Shown: positions 24,582 through 33,725, counted from the first letter of the stretch. The stretch is 61,111 bases of DNA from Chloroflexota bacterium (GCA_013815585.1 JACDFU010000001.1:1-61111); one strand, 5' to 3'. Notes: generated from the sequence alone by a model not told the origin. Numbers and translations are program-made.

Positions 24582-25472
24582 TCAGCGGATGAGGTAGGTG
24601 CGCACGGAGATCCAGGCCCCGATGCCTCCGACCACCACGCCCAGGCCGAGCACCGCCGCCAGGAGCTGCTGGGTCAACTGCTCGTTGAAGCCGATCGGCA
24701 GCTCACCGGTGATCTGCGCCGTCACCTGATGAATGGGATCGCCCGCCAGCGACAGCAGGCCAAGCGTGATCGCGCCACCCAGCAGGCCGACGAACAGGCC
24801 CTCGATGATGAATGGCCACCGGATGAAGGCGTCAGAGGCACCGACCAGCCGCATGATCTCGATCTCGTCCGCACGGGCCATCACGGCCATCCGGATGGTA
24901 TTGATGACGATGAAGAGCACCGTGAGCCCGACCATCACGACGATCACCAGCCCGATCGTGCGCAGCACGCCCGACAGGTTGACGATCGCGTCAGCGGTGC
25001 GCTGGGTTTCAAGCACCTCGTCAACGACCCCTCGGGGAGCCTCCAGCGTCTTGACCACGTCGCCGTAGACGCCGGGATCCTTCACCTTGACGTTCAGGCT
25101 GGCGGGGATCGGGTTGACGCCGGTGACCGCGGTGAGGTCCTCCTTGCCCTGGGCCGCGAGCTGCTCGCGGAACGCGTTCAGCCCGGCCTCCTTGCTCGTG
25201 TAGCTGACGCTCGCGACCTCCGGCAGCGCCTCGACGTCGGCGACAAGGCCGTTGACGGCTTCGGCACTGACGCCGTCGTTGAGGAACGCCTGCACCTCGA
25301 CCTTCTCCTCGACGAAACGAAGCCCGGCCTCCAGGCCGGTCAGGACGATGACCAGGCCGCTGATGAGGATCAGCATCAGGATCATCGTCACGGTGGCGGC
25401 CAGGCTCATCACCTTGTTTCGCCAGAAGCCCTCCAGGGCGCGCTTGAAGGAAAAGGCGAGGAAGCTGATCAC
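24582..25472 (-). CDS. ftsX: Cell division ABC transporter permease FtsX
   Basis: The N-terminus is SFKRALEGFWRNKVMSLAATVTMILMLI. A large extracytoplasmic loop and three C-terminal TM helices follow. The gene starts 3 nt after ftsE. Confidence 0.9.
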   Translation of the reverse strand: MISFLAFSFKRALEGFWRNKVMSLAATVTMILMLILISGLVIVLTGLEAGLRFVEEKVEVQAFLNDGVSAEAVNGLVADVEALPEVASVSYTSKEAGLNAFREQLAAQGKEDLTAVTGVNPIPASLNVKVKDPGVYGDVVKTLEAPRGVVDEVLETQRTADAIVNLSGVLRTIGLVIVVMVGLTVLFIVINTIRMAVMARADEIEIMRLVGASDAFIRWPFIIEGLFVGLLGGAITLGLLSLAGDPIHQVTAQITGELPIGFNEQLTQQLLAAVLGLGVVVGGIGAWISVRTYLIR

Positions 25473-25475
25473 GGA

Positions 25476-26339
25476 TCAGTACTCGCGGTGATAGCCGCCG
25501 ACCTCATCGCGGATGATCCGTCCCTCCTCCAGTGCGACGACGCGCTTGCGCAGCGCGGTGACCACCTCGGCGTTGTGGCTGGCCATCAGAACGGTCGTGC
25601 CCAGATCGTTGATCCGCAGGAGCAGCTGGATGATCTCCCAGCTGATGAGCGGGTCGAGGTTGCCGGTCGGCTCGTCGGCGATGATGACCCGCGGGTCGTG
25701 CACCATGGCCCGCGCGATCGCGGTCCGTTGCATCTCGCCGCCTGAGAGCGTCGTGGGCAGCTGCCGCGCCTGCGCGCTGAGGCCCACGAGGGCCAGGGCG
25801 CTGTCTACGCGGGACCTGATCATCCGCCTCGGGGTGCCCGTGACCTCGAGGGCGAAGGCGACGTTCTCACGCACCGTCTTGCGCGGCAGCAGCTTGAAGT
25901 CCTGGAACACGATGCCGATCTGGCGTCTCAGCCGTGGCACGTGGCGCCGCCTGAGATGCGAGACGTCCTGTCCCGCCACGAATACCGAGCCGGTGGTCGG
26001 GAGCTCGTCTCGAATGAGCAGCTTGATGAGCGTGCTCTTGCCGGCTCCCGATGGACCGACGAGGAAGACGAAGTCACCCTCCGGCACGATCAGGTCCACG
26101 TCCGCCAGGGCACGCTTGCCGTTGGGATAGACCTTCGAAACGTCGTGGAGCGCCAGGGAGGCCAGCCGAGCCTCCGGGAGCGCCAGGTCCTCGGGGGGCG
26201 CCGTGCGGCGGCCGAGCGTGGCAACCGACTCCAGCGGGGCGACAACGGCAGGGCTCGCCAGCGGCTTCGGCGGTGCCTCGATCGGGTTCCGGGTCGGAAC
26301 GATCGAGCGCAATGCGGTTCGAAGCGGTGATGAAGTCAC
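25476..26339 (-). CDS. ftsE: Cell division ATP-binding protein FtsE
   Basis: Motifs are VSKVYPNGKRALADVDL, GPSGAGKSTLIKLL, LSGGEMQRTAIARA and IIADEPTGNLD. The start is placed at GTG 26339, preceded by GGAGCAGATC. The track start is 26435, and TTG 26312 is also possible. Confidence 0.85.
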   Translation of the reverse strand: MTSSPLRTALRSIVPTRNPIEAPPKPLASPAVVAPLESVATLGRRTAPPEDLALPEARLASLALHDVSKVYPNGKRALADVDLIVPEGDFVFLVGPSGAGKSTLIKLLIRDELPTTGSVFVAGQDVSHLRRRHVPRLRRQIGIVFQDFKLLPRKTVRENVAFALEVTGTPRRMIRSRVDSALALVGLSAQARQLPTTLSGGEMQRTAIARAMVHDPRVIIADEPTGNLDPLISWEIIQLLLRINDLGTTVLMASHNAEVVTALRKRVVALEEGRIIRDEVGGYHREY

Positions 26340-26469
26340 GATCTGCTCCGCGGAGTGAGGCGCCGGGGGGAGACCCGGCGGCGGCTCCACACGCGGGCAC
26401 GGCGAGTGACGGCCACGACGCGCCGAGGGTAGCACACGCTCCAGAGGCTCGACCGCTGGCCCGAAAGGG

Positions 26470-27327
26470 CTATGGCGTCTGGGCCAGCCGGTTGAGGACC
26501 GTATCGTGGAGATGGCCGTTCGAGGCCAGGACGCTCCGAGCGTCGATCACACGCCGGCCATCGAGATCGGTGAGCCGTCCGCCTGCCTCCTCGATCAGAA
26601 CGATAGGCGCGGCGAGGTCCCAGGACTCCACGCCGACCTCGATCATCGCCTCGGCGGCTCCCTCGGCCACGAGCGCATAGCCCCAGAAGTCCCCGAAGCC
26701 GCGGTCGCGCCACGCCGCACGGATGAGGTCACGGAAGCCGCCCGCCCGCCCGCTGGCCTCCAGGTCGTCGGGTGACGAGTACAGGATCTGGCTGTCGGCA
26801 ACGTCGCCCACGGTCGAGACGGTGAGCCGGCGTGTCGCCCCTGGGGCCATTCCGGCTGAGCCGCTCGCCCAGGCACCGCCTCCCCGCCAGGCATACCAGC
26901 GCTCGCGCAGGGCGGGCGCGCTGAGCACGCCGACCTGGAGCTCGCCGCCGCGCTCAACGGCAAGCAGCGTGCCAAAGAGCGGCACCCCGCGCATGAAGTT
27001 GTGCGTACCGTCGATGGGATCGATGTACCAGCGCACGGGAGCGTCCGGGGCGTCCTCACCGTATTCCTCGCCGATCAGCCCGTGGCCGGGATGGCGAGCT
27101 GAGATGAGCTCCCGGATCCGCGCTTCGATGGCTTTGTCGGCCTCGGTGACGAACGTGCGATCGGGCTTCCGGGCGGTGGGCACGTCACGCCTGAACGAGC
27201 GCATTGCGAGCGCATCGGCAGCATCGCAGCAGGCCAGCGCGAGCTCCAGCCAGCCCTCCAGCTCGGCGCTGGAACCGCGCCGAAACCCGGCGCTCCAGTC
27301 GGGCCCGAACGACGCAGGCGATTCCAT
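26470..27327 (-). CDS. Inositol monophosphatase family protein (histidinol-phosphatase HisN-like)
   Basis: Motifs are TEADKAIEARIRE, GEEYG and WYIDPIDGTHNFMRGVPLFGTLLA. Confidence 0.75.
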   Translation of the reverse strand: MESPASFGPDWSAGFRRGSSAELEGWLELALACCDAADALAMRSFRRDVPTARKPDRTFVTEADKAIEARIRELISARHPGHGLIGEEYGEDAPDAPVRWYIDPIDGTHNFMRGVPLFGTLLAVERGGELQVGVLSAPALRERWYAWRGGGAWASGSAGMAPGATRRLTVSTVGDVADSQILYSSPDDLEASGRAGGFRDLIRAAWRDRGFGDFWGYALVAEGAAEAMIEVGVESWDLAAPIVLIEEAGGRLTDLDGRRVIDARSVLASNGHLHDTVLNRLAQTP

Positions 27328-27330
27328 CGG

Positions 27331-28359
27331 CTAGAGGAGCGCGAAGCCCGCGGGGAGGTAGCGCTCGAAGTCGGTCGCGCTGCGGCTGGCGCAGTACAGC
27401 GCCGGCGAGCCCTCGAAACGCAGCCCGGCATGGAGGAGGGAAACGAGTGCTCGCTCAGCCGCCCCCGGCACGACGACCTGGTACGCGCCCGCCGGCTCGA
27501 CGCGTCCGAACAGGTCGCCCAGTACGGCCGGCGCAAGGGCCGTGTCGCGAACACAGATCGGCCCAAGGCGGCCGCTTCTGGCGACGTATCCGTATGCCAG
27601 TCCCTCTGCCTTCGGGCCGCGATAGAGCACCCCTATGCGGCCATCGCGGCGCCAGAAGCGATGGTCCGTTGGCCGCTCGTAGCCGACCAGCTGGCGGTCC
27701 AGGCGCTCGATCGCGCGAACCAGCACATCGTGGCCCGCCTCCGCTCCGCCGACCTCCTCGAAGGGTGTCGCCGTCACGCTGGAAGGGAGCTGGGGCAGTG
27801 ATCCGGCGACCGGCCGCCCGACCATCGTGAGCAGCGGCGTGCGCGGCACGATCCCATAGCCGGCGTACAGGCCCGTCGAGACGGGCTGAAGCGCGTCGAC
27901 GCAGGTCGCCAGGAAGACCTCCGCATCAGTCGGAATCGGCCGATCGATCGCCTTCTGTCCCTCCGCCAGGCAGCGCAATAGGAGGCGCCGGCCCAGGCCG
28001 GCCGCCTGGGCTTCGGGCCGGACGAAGAGGAACGAGAGGAACCACAGGCTTCCTCGGCGGATCGCAACGGCGAACGCCAGCGGACCCCGGGAAGCGGGAG
28101 CACCGTCCCCAGCCTCTGCGATCCAGGCACAGGCACGATTGCCTTCGATCAGATGGGCCAGCAATCGGCCCATGATCGGCCGGTCGGCTGGTGACCAGGG
28201 CTGGGACAGCCGGCCGGCGAGCTCCTGCTGGGCCGCGTCAAAGATGTCGATGCAGACGTCGATATCCGTCGGCTCGATCGGGCGGAACCAGGGTACGGTG
28301 GTGGACGGTCCGGGCCGTCCGGACGGCCTCGGCTCATCGGCCCCCGGATCAGGCTGCAT
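27331..28359 (-). CDS. Two-domain GNAT family N-acetyltransferase
   Basis: The acetyl-CoA-binding-type motif is FLFVRPEAQAAGLGRRLLLRCL, and a C-terminal domain follows. The start overlaps the prfB stop by 11 nt. Confidence 0.65.
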   Translation of the reverse strand: MQPDPGADEPRPSGRPGPSTTVPWFRPIEPTDIDVCIDIFDAAQQELAGRLSQPWSPADRPIMGRLLAHLIEGNRACAWIAEAGDGAPASRGPLAFAVAIRRGSLWFLSFLFVRPEAQAAGLGRRLLLRCLAEGQKAIDRPIPTDAEVFLATCVDALQPVSTGLYAGYGIVPRTPLLTMVGRPVAGSLPQLPSSVTATPFEEVGGAEAGHDVLVRAIERLDRQLVGYERPTDHRFWRRDGRIGVLYRGPKAEGLAYGYVARSGRLGPICVRDTALAPAVLGDLFGRVEPAGAYQVVVPGAAERALVSLLHAGLRFEGSPALYCASRSATDFERYLPAGFALL

Positions 28360-29459
28360 CCGGGCTCGGTTCGGTCGCCAGGCGCTCGAGCTCGGCCTGC
28401 ATGAAGGCGTCGAGCTCCCCGTCGAGGACCGCGCTCGTATTGCCCGTCTCGAAGTCCGTGCGATGGTCCTTGACCATCTGGTAGGGGTGCAAGACGTACG
28501 AGCGGATCTGGTTCCCCCAGCCGGCCTCGACGTGCTCGCCCTTGAGCTCGGCGATCTGGGCTTCGCGCTCGGCGAGCCTCCGCTCGAGCAGCCTCGCGCG
28601 GAGGATCTTCATGGCGCTCTCGCGGTTCTGGACCTGCGAGCGCTCGTTCTGGCTCTGAGCCGCAATGCCGGTCGGGACGTGGGTGATGCGCACCGCAGAG
28701 TCGGTCTTGTTGACGTGCTGCCCGCCGGCACCCTGGGATCGGAACGTGTCGATCCGCAGCTCGTCCGGATCGATCTCGACCTCGACGTCCGTCTCCACCT
28801 CGGGCAGGACTTCCACGAGCGCGAATGTCGTGTGGCGTCGCTTCTGGGAATCGTATGGGCTGATCCGCACCAGGCGGTGAACGCCGCGCTCGGCGCGGAG
28901 GTAGCCGTAGGCGCTGCGGCCCTGCACAGCGAACGCCACGCTCTTCAGCCCCGCCTCCTCCCCCTCCAGCTGGTCCAGGATCTCCGTGCCGAAGCGGTGC
29001 CGCTCCGACCAGCGGAGATACATCCGTAGCAGCATCTCGGCCCAGTCCGTGGCCTCGGTGCCGCCCGCCCCCGCGCTGATGGTGACGATCGCGTCGCGCT
29101 CGTCGTACTCGCCGTTGAACAGGAGGCTTGTCCGAAGCTGCTTGTATTCCTTTTCGATCGCCTGGCGCTCGACGTCAATGCCGGCTTCGAGCGCCTGGTC
29201 GGGCTCAGCGGTCGCGAGCTCGAGAAGCTCTGCGAGGTCCGCCGCTCGCTTCTGAAGACCGCGCCAAGCCTCCAGCTCGCCGCGGAGGCCGTCGGCTCGT
29301 CGCAGCACAGACTGGGCCCCGCGGGGCTCCGACCAGAAATCCGTGGCGCTCGTCAGCGCCTCGAGCTTGGTGAGCTCCCGTTCCTTTTCTCCGAGGTCAA
29401 AGACGCCCCGAGGTCGCCGAAATCCGCTCGACGAGGTCGCGGACGGCGGCGCCGTCCAT
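28349..29459 (-). CDS. prfB: Peptide chain release factor 2, requiring programmed +1 frameshift
   Basis: ORF0 runs from ATG 29459 as MDGAAVRDLVERISATSGRL and ends at TGA. Shifting +1 at CTT TGA C continues as DLGEKERELTKLEALTSATDFWSEP... and joins the track ORF 28349..29308, which carries GGQ (SQGAGGQHVNKTDSAVRITHVPTG). Confidence 0.95.
29396..29402 (-). promoter_or_regulatory. RF2 autoregulatory +1 frameshift site CTT TGA C
   Basis: The minus strand reads TCG GGG CGT CTT TGA CCT. A G-rich SD-like element lies 3 nt upstream of CTT, as in the classical prfB site. Confidence 0.9.
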
Positions 29460-29747
29460 CTAGTTGCGACCTCGCAGATCCTGCAGCAGGATCGGCCGCA
29501 GCTCGATCACCCGCTGCGCGGTCTTGCTCCTGGCGACGACGGGGTTGACGCACGGACAGTACGAGTTGTGGGGGCAGACGACGCAGTCACCGTCGCAGGT
29601 GAGCCAGGCCGCATAGCTGCACGTCCGGCAGTCCCGCTCGCATGCGATGAGATCCACGATCGAGTCATCGACGACATCGGTCTTCACCCGCGCTCTCACC
29701 CTCCAGCTCCTGCGCGGCGCGCCCGGTTCGCGCCCCGGATATGCCAA
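29460..29747 (-). CDS. Small cysteine-rich protein of unknown function (8 Cys in 31 residues)
   Basis: Codon position 3 is very G/C-rich in this frame. Its TAG stop directly abuts the prfB ATG (TAGATG). The core is ACERDCRTCSYAAWLTCDGDCVVCPHNSYCPC. The start is uncertain: TTG 29747, or the in-frame GTG codons of RVRARVK further downstream. Confidence 0.55.
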   Translation of the reverse strand: MAYPGREPGAPRRSWRVRARVKTDVVDDSIVDLIACERDCRTCSYAAWLTCDGDCVVCPHNSYCPCVNPVVARSKTAQRVIELRPILLQDLRGRN

Positions 29748-29827
29748 ACGCCGGGGGTTTCAACCACCGGCGTGTTTTTCGAAGTATAGGCAGTCAAAAC
29801 TGTCTCGCCAAGGGGCAATCTCGGACC

Positions 29828-30409
29828 TCAGGCTCGCAGTACCAGGTACAGCCAGATGGCGGCGACCTCGTGGATGACAGCGTCGATGCGGGCCGACAGA
29901 TCCGACTCGAGCGGGCTGAGGGGCGTGGGCGAGGGATGGCTCTCGATGCCGAGGTCCCCGGCCATCCGTAGGACTCGAAGCATGTGTGACCGATCGCTCA
30001 CAAAAATGCCCCGCTGCAGGTCGCGTTCGGCGAAGAGGGCCGCAACGCTCCGCAGCGAACCCAGCGTGTCCTGGCCCTCGGCTTCCGATAGAACTGCCGC
30101 CTCTGGGACTCCCCGGGCCAGGGCGTAGGCCCGGGCAACGTCCGCCTCCGCAATCGTGTCACCTGCGGCCTGACCGCCCGTCACCACGAGGTACGGAGCG
30201 GCGCCGGCGCGATACAGGTCGACGGCATGTCGCAGCCGCGCCTCGAAGATGGGCGACGGGTGCCCACCGTAGTGCGCAGCGCCCAGGACGACGATGGCGT
30301 CGGCGTCTGGAGGCCGCTCGTCACGGCTGCCTTCCTGGAGCACCCGAAGCGCGGTGAAGCCAGCCAGCGCGACGGCACCGACCGTAAGGGCGACTCCCAG
30401 TCGCTGCAG
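29828..30409 (-). CDS. YdcF/DUF218 family protein
   Basis: Motifs are IVVLGAAHYGGHPSPIFEARLRHAVDLYRAGAAPYLVVTGG and IFVSDRSHMLR. The track start (ATG 30556) overlaps the secA 3' end by 128 nt. I provisionally start at CTG 30409, preceded by GAGGGA. The next canonical start, GTG 30343, would remove the TM anchor. Confidence 0.75.
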   Translation of the reverse strand: MQRLGVALTVGAVALAGFTALRVLQEGSRDERPPDADAIVVLGAAHYGGHPSPIFEARLRHAVDLYRAGAAPYLVVTGGQAAGDTIAEADVARAYALARGVPEAAVLSEAEGQDTLGSLRSVAALFAERDLQRGIFVSDRSHMLRVLRMAGDLGIESHPSPTPLSPLESDLSARIDAVIHEVAAIWLYLVLRA

Positions 30410-30428
30410 GTCGTCCCTCAGTGGCCGC

Positions 30429-33400
30429 CTAGCGCCCGTGACACTTCTTGTACTTCCGGCCGCTGCCGCAGTAGCACGGGTCGTTGCGCCCCAGCTTCGG
30501 GACGCCGGCCGGCTGGGCGGCCGGCCTGCCCGGGCCCGAGACCACCTCGTCGCCATGCTGGGCCCGGATGGTGCCGGGACGGGCGGTGGTGCCGCTCAAC
30601 CCTCGAACGACAGACCCGGCTGCATCGGTTGCACCAGCGACGCCGACCGGCGAAGGGGACGCGGCGCGGCCGGCTGTCCTGCCGTCGCCACTGGCGCCGC
30701 CCGGGCCGCGCGGACCGGCAGGGCCCGAGCCATTGCCGCCGGCTGCTTCTGCGGGCTCCGCCTCGAATGGCTGCTCGGGGACGGTGCCTGACGGCGGCAC
30801 GCTGTGGGTGACGCTGACCTTGAACACGGTGCTGGCGACCTGGTGACGGATGAAGCCGCGCAGCTCCTCATAGAGCCGGAACGCTTCCTTCTTGAAGGCA
30901 TTCAGGGGGTCCTCGCCGCTGTACCCGCGAAGGCCTATTCCGCGGCGCATGTCGTCGAGCTCGGTGAGGTGCTCGACCCAGAGCGAGTCGATCGTGCGTA
31001 GCAGAACCAGCCGCTCCACCAGCGCCCATGTTTCGGCCCCGTGCTCCCGTTCCCGCGCCTCGAGCGCCAGGTCCGCCTGCTCGCGCAAGGCAGCTTCGAT
31101 CGTCGCTCGGCTGCCGAGCTCGGCGAGAGCATCTCCGCTCGTGTCGGGTCCGCCGAGGCCCAGCGTCTCGACCGCTCGCGCCAACCCATCGATGTCCCAG
31201 GCACCCGGATCATCACCGGGGAGGTGGGCCTCGACGAGAATCTCAAGCTCCTCGTCGAGGAACGTGCGCACCGTGTCGGTCAGGTCCTCGTTGTTCAGGA
31301 CCTTGTCGCGCTCGGCGTAGATCGTCTCCCGCTGCTTGTTGATCACGTCGTCGTACTCGACGACGCGCTTGCGGAGATCGAAGTTGAACCCCTCTACCCG
31401 GGTCTGGGCGTTCTCGATCGTCTTTGAAACGAGCCGGGATTCGATCGCAACATCGTCCTCCAGGCCCATCCGCTCCATTAACCCGGCGACGCGATCGGAG
31501 GCAAAGCGCTTCATCAACGTGTCCTCGAGGGACAGGTAGAAGCGGGACGACCCCGGGTCGCCCTGGCGGCCCGCGCGCCCGCGCAACTGGTTATCGATGC
31601 GGCGGGCGTCGTGGCGCTCCGTGCCGATGATGTGCAGGCCGCCCGCAGCGACGACGCGCTCGTGATCGGCTTCGGTGTCGGCCTTCGCCTCGGCCAGCGC
31701 CTGTTCGTAGACCTCCGGCGCAGCCTCTGCAGGATTGATGCCCTTGCGCTGAAGGGCAGCCGACGCAAGGCCCGCCGGGTTGCCGCCGAGCAGGATGTCC
31801 GTGCCGCGGCCGGCCATGTTCGTGGCGATGGTCACCGCGCCCGTGCGGCCGGCCTGCGCCACGATGGGGGCCTCCTTTTCGTGGAACTTCGCGTTGAGGA
31901 CTTCGTGTGGCACGCCTCGCCGCTTGAGCATCTCGGCGAGGACCTCGCTCTTCTCCACGCTCACCGTGCCCACCAGGACCGGCCGCCCAGCTTCGACAAC
32001 CTCCTCGACCTCTTCGATCAAAGCCTCGAACTTCGCGTTCTCGGAGCGGAAGACGAGGTCCGGATCGTCCTCCCGGATCATCTCGCGGTGCGTCGGGACG
32101 GCGACCACCTCGAGGTTGTAGATCTTGTGGAACTCCTCGCCTTCCGTCATCGCGGTACCGGTCATGCCGGCCAGCTTGTCATAGAGGCGAAAGTAGTTCT
32201 GGAAGGTGATGGTGGCGAGGGTCACCGATTCCCGCTGCACGCGCAGGCCTTCCTTGGCCTCGATCGCCTGGTGAAGGCCCTCCGACCAGCGCCGGCCCGG
32301 CATCTGGCGCCCGGTGAACTCATCGACGATGACGATTTCACCGTCCTTGACCAGGTAATCGCGATCCCGCTTGTAGAGCGCGTGGGCTCGCAGCGCCTGC
32401 TCGAAATGCCGCGCCAGACGCGGGTCGGCGTCGAAGAGGTTGCTGATCTTCAGCCAGCCCTCGACCTTCGAGACGCCGTCCTCCGTGGGCGAGACCGCCC
32501 GATCCTTGAGGTCGATGAAATAGTCGCCCCCCTCCTCGTCTCCCTCGGGGCGCGCTCGAAGGCGCGGCACGAGGCGAGCGAACTGGTAGTAGAGATCCTC
32601 GGATTCCTCGGCCGCCCCACTGATGATGAGGGGCGTCCGCGCCTCGTCGATGAGGATGTTGTCGACCTCGTCGATGATGGCGAAATACCGCTCGCGCTGG
32701 ACCCGCTGGTCGAGCTCCACGACCATGTTGTCGCGGAGGTAATCAAAGCCGAACTCGTTGTTCGTGCCGTACGTCACATCTGCCGCGTACGCTTCACGGC
32801 GCGATACCGGGCGAAGGTGCAGCACCCGTTCGTCGCTGGCCCGGTAGTCGGGATCGAAAAGGTAGGCGCCCTCGTGCTGGATGATCCCGACCGAGAGTCC
32901 CAGCCCATGGAAGATCGGCCCCATCCACTGGGGATCGCGCTTGGCCAGGTAGTCGTTGACCGTGACGATGTGGACGCCGCGACCGGACATGGCGTTGAGG
33001 GCCGCCGCCAGCGGCGCGGCCAGGGTCTTGCCCTCGCCGGTCTTCATCTCGGCGATCTTGCCCTGGTGGAGCGCCGCGCTTCCCAGCAGCTGAACGTCGA
33101 AGGGTCGCATGTGGAGGCGCCGCCGGCTCACCTCCCGGGCAGCGGCGAAGACCTCCGGCAGGACCTCGTCGAGGGCGGCCTGAAGGGCCTTGACGTCCGC
33201 CTTGTGTCGCGCCTTGCGGAGCTCCCGCCTTCGCTCCGGATCCGTGTGCTCCAACTCCTCCTCGGAAGGCTCCGCGGAGGTGGCCTGCTGGGCTACCTCC
33301 GCCCTGACCACCTCCATCCGCCCCCGGATCTCCTCGTCGGATAGCGCCTCGAGCTCCGCCTCGAGGGCGTTGATCTCATCGACGATGGGCTCGAAGCGGC

Positions 33401-33449
33401 GCAGCTCGCGCTCATTTGAGTCGACGAATCGGGAAAGCAGGTTCAGCAT
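30429..33449 (-). CDS. secA: Preprotein translocase ATPase SecA
   Basis: The protein is 1006 aa. Motifs are EMKTGEGKTL, the DEVDNILIDEARTPLIISG region, and the C-terminal zinc motif CYCGSGRKYKKCHG preceded by a Gly/Pro/Ala-rich spacer. Confidence 0.97.
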   Translation of the reverse strand: MLNLLSRFVDSNERELRRFEPIVDEINALEAELEALSDEEIRGRMEVVRAEVAQQATSAEPSEEELEHTDPERRRELRKARHKADVKALQAALDEVLPEVFAAAREVSRRRLHMRPFDVQLLGSAALHQGKIAEMKTGEGKTLAAPLAAALNAMSGRGVHIVTVNDYLAKRDPQWMGPIFHGLGLSVGIIQHEGAYLFDPDYRASDERVLHLRPVSRREAYAADVTYGTNNEFGFDYLRDNMVVELDQRVQRERYFAIIDEVDNILIDEARTPLIISGAAEESEDLYYQFARLVPRLRARPEGDEEGGDYFIDLKDRAVSPTEDGVSKVEGWLKISNLFDADPRLARHFEQALRAHALYKRDRDYLVKDGEIVIVDEFTGRQMPGRRWSEGLHQAIEAKEGLRVQRESVTLATITFQNYFRLYDKLAGMTGTAMTEGEEFHKIYNLEVVAVPTHREMIREDDPDLVFRSENAKFEALIEEVEEVVEAGRPVLVGTVSVEKSEVLAEMLKRRGVPHEVLNAKFHEKEAPIVAQAGRTGAVTIATNMAGRGTDILLGGNPAGLASAALQRKGINPAEAAPEVYEQALAEAKADTEADHERVVAAGGLHIIGTERHDARRIDNQLRGRAGRQGDPGSSRFYLSLEDTLMKRFASDRVAGLMERMGLEDDVAIESRLVSKTIENAQTRVEGFNFDLRKRVVEYDDVINKQRETIYAERDKVLNNEDLTDTVRTFLDEELEILVEAHLPGDDPGAWDIDGLARAVETLGLGGPDTSGDALAELGSRATIEAALREQADLALEAREREHGAETWALVERLVLLRTIDSLWVEHLTELDDMRRGIGLRGYSGEDPLNAFKKEAFRLYEELRGFIRHQVASTVFKVSVTHSVPPSGTVPEQPFEAEPAEAAGGNGSGPAGPRGPGGASGDGRTAGRAASPSPVGVAGATDAAGSVVRGLSGTTARPGTIRAQHGDEVVSGPGRPAAQPAGVPKLGRNDPCYCGSGRKYKKCHGR

Positions 33450-33459
33450 CGGAGCGAAA

Positions 33460-33465
33460 AGTATA
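33460..33465 (-). promoter_or_regulatory. -10-like hexamer TATACT, 10 nt upstream of the secA ATG
   Basis: The minus strand reads CCCTATACT-TTTCGCTCCG-ATG. No Shine-Dalgarno is present between the hexamer and the start. Confidence 0.35.
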
Positions 33466-33494
33466 GGGCGGTGGCGCGGACGGTCAGCCCGGGG

Positions 33495-33725
33495 CTAGGA
33501 TCCCCAAAATCCCGTCCCGTACCCGGCCACCAGGAGGACGAAGGTCAGCAGGGCGAGGGCGCCGAAGAAAACCACGCCCGCCAGCGGTGAAGTCGGCTGC
33601 GCTTCCGGGTTCGTAAGCGCCGCAGCGCGCCAACGCGGCGAGCGCAGTCGCCGGCGCCAACTGCGCTGCTCGACTGGCGCCGGCTCCAGGCCGTCGCGGC
33701 CGGGCCGGTAGAGCTTGAGACTCAC
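33495..33725 (-). CDS. Small hypothetical membrane protein (C-terminal TM helix)
   Basis: The start forms a GTGA overlap with the prs stop. Codon position 3 is G/C-rich. The C-terminal segment is LAGVVFFGALALLTFVLLVAGYG. I recognise no family. Confidence 0.45.
   Translation of the reverse strand: MSLKLYRPGRDGLEPAPVEQRSWRRRLRSPRWRAAALTNPEAQPTSPLAGVVFFGALALLTFVLLVAGYGTGFWGS

Noticed and set aside
31611-33344. A 577-aa plus-strand ORF antisense to secA.
   Set aside because: secA homology on the minus strand is unambiguous, and this is a shadow ORF. The same reasoning applies to 24480..25745, 33767..35047, 35156..36427, 39187..40392, 42955..44544 and 52823..54103.
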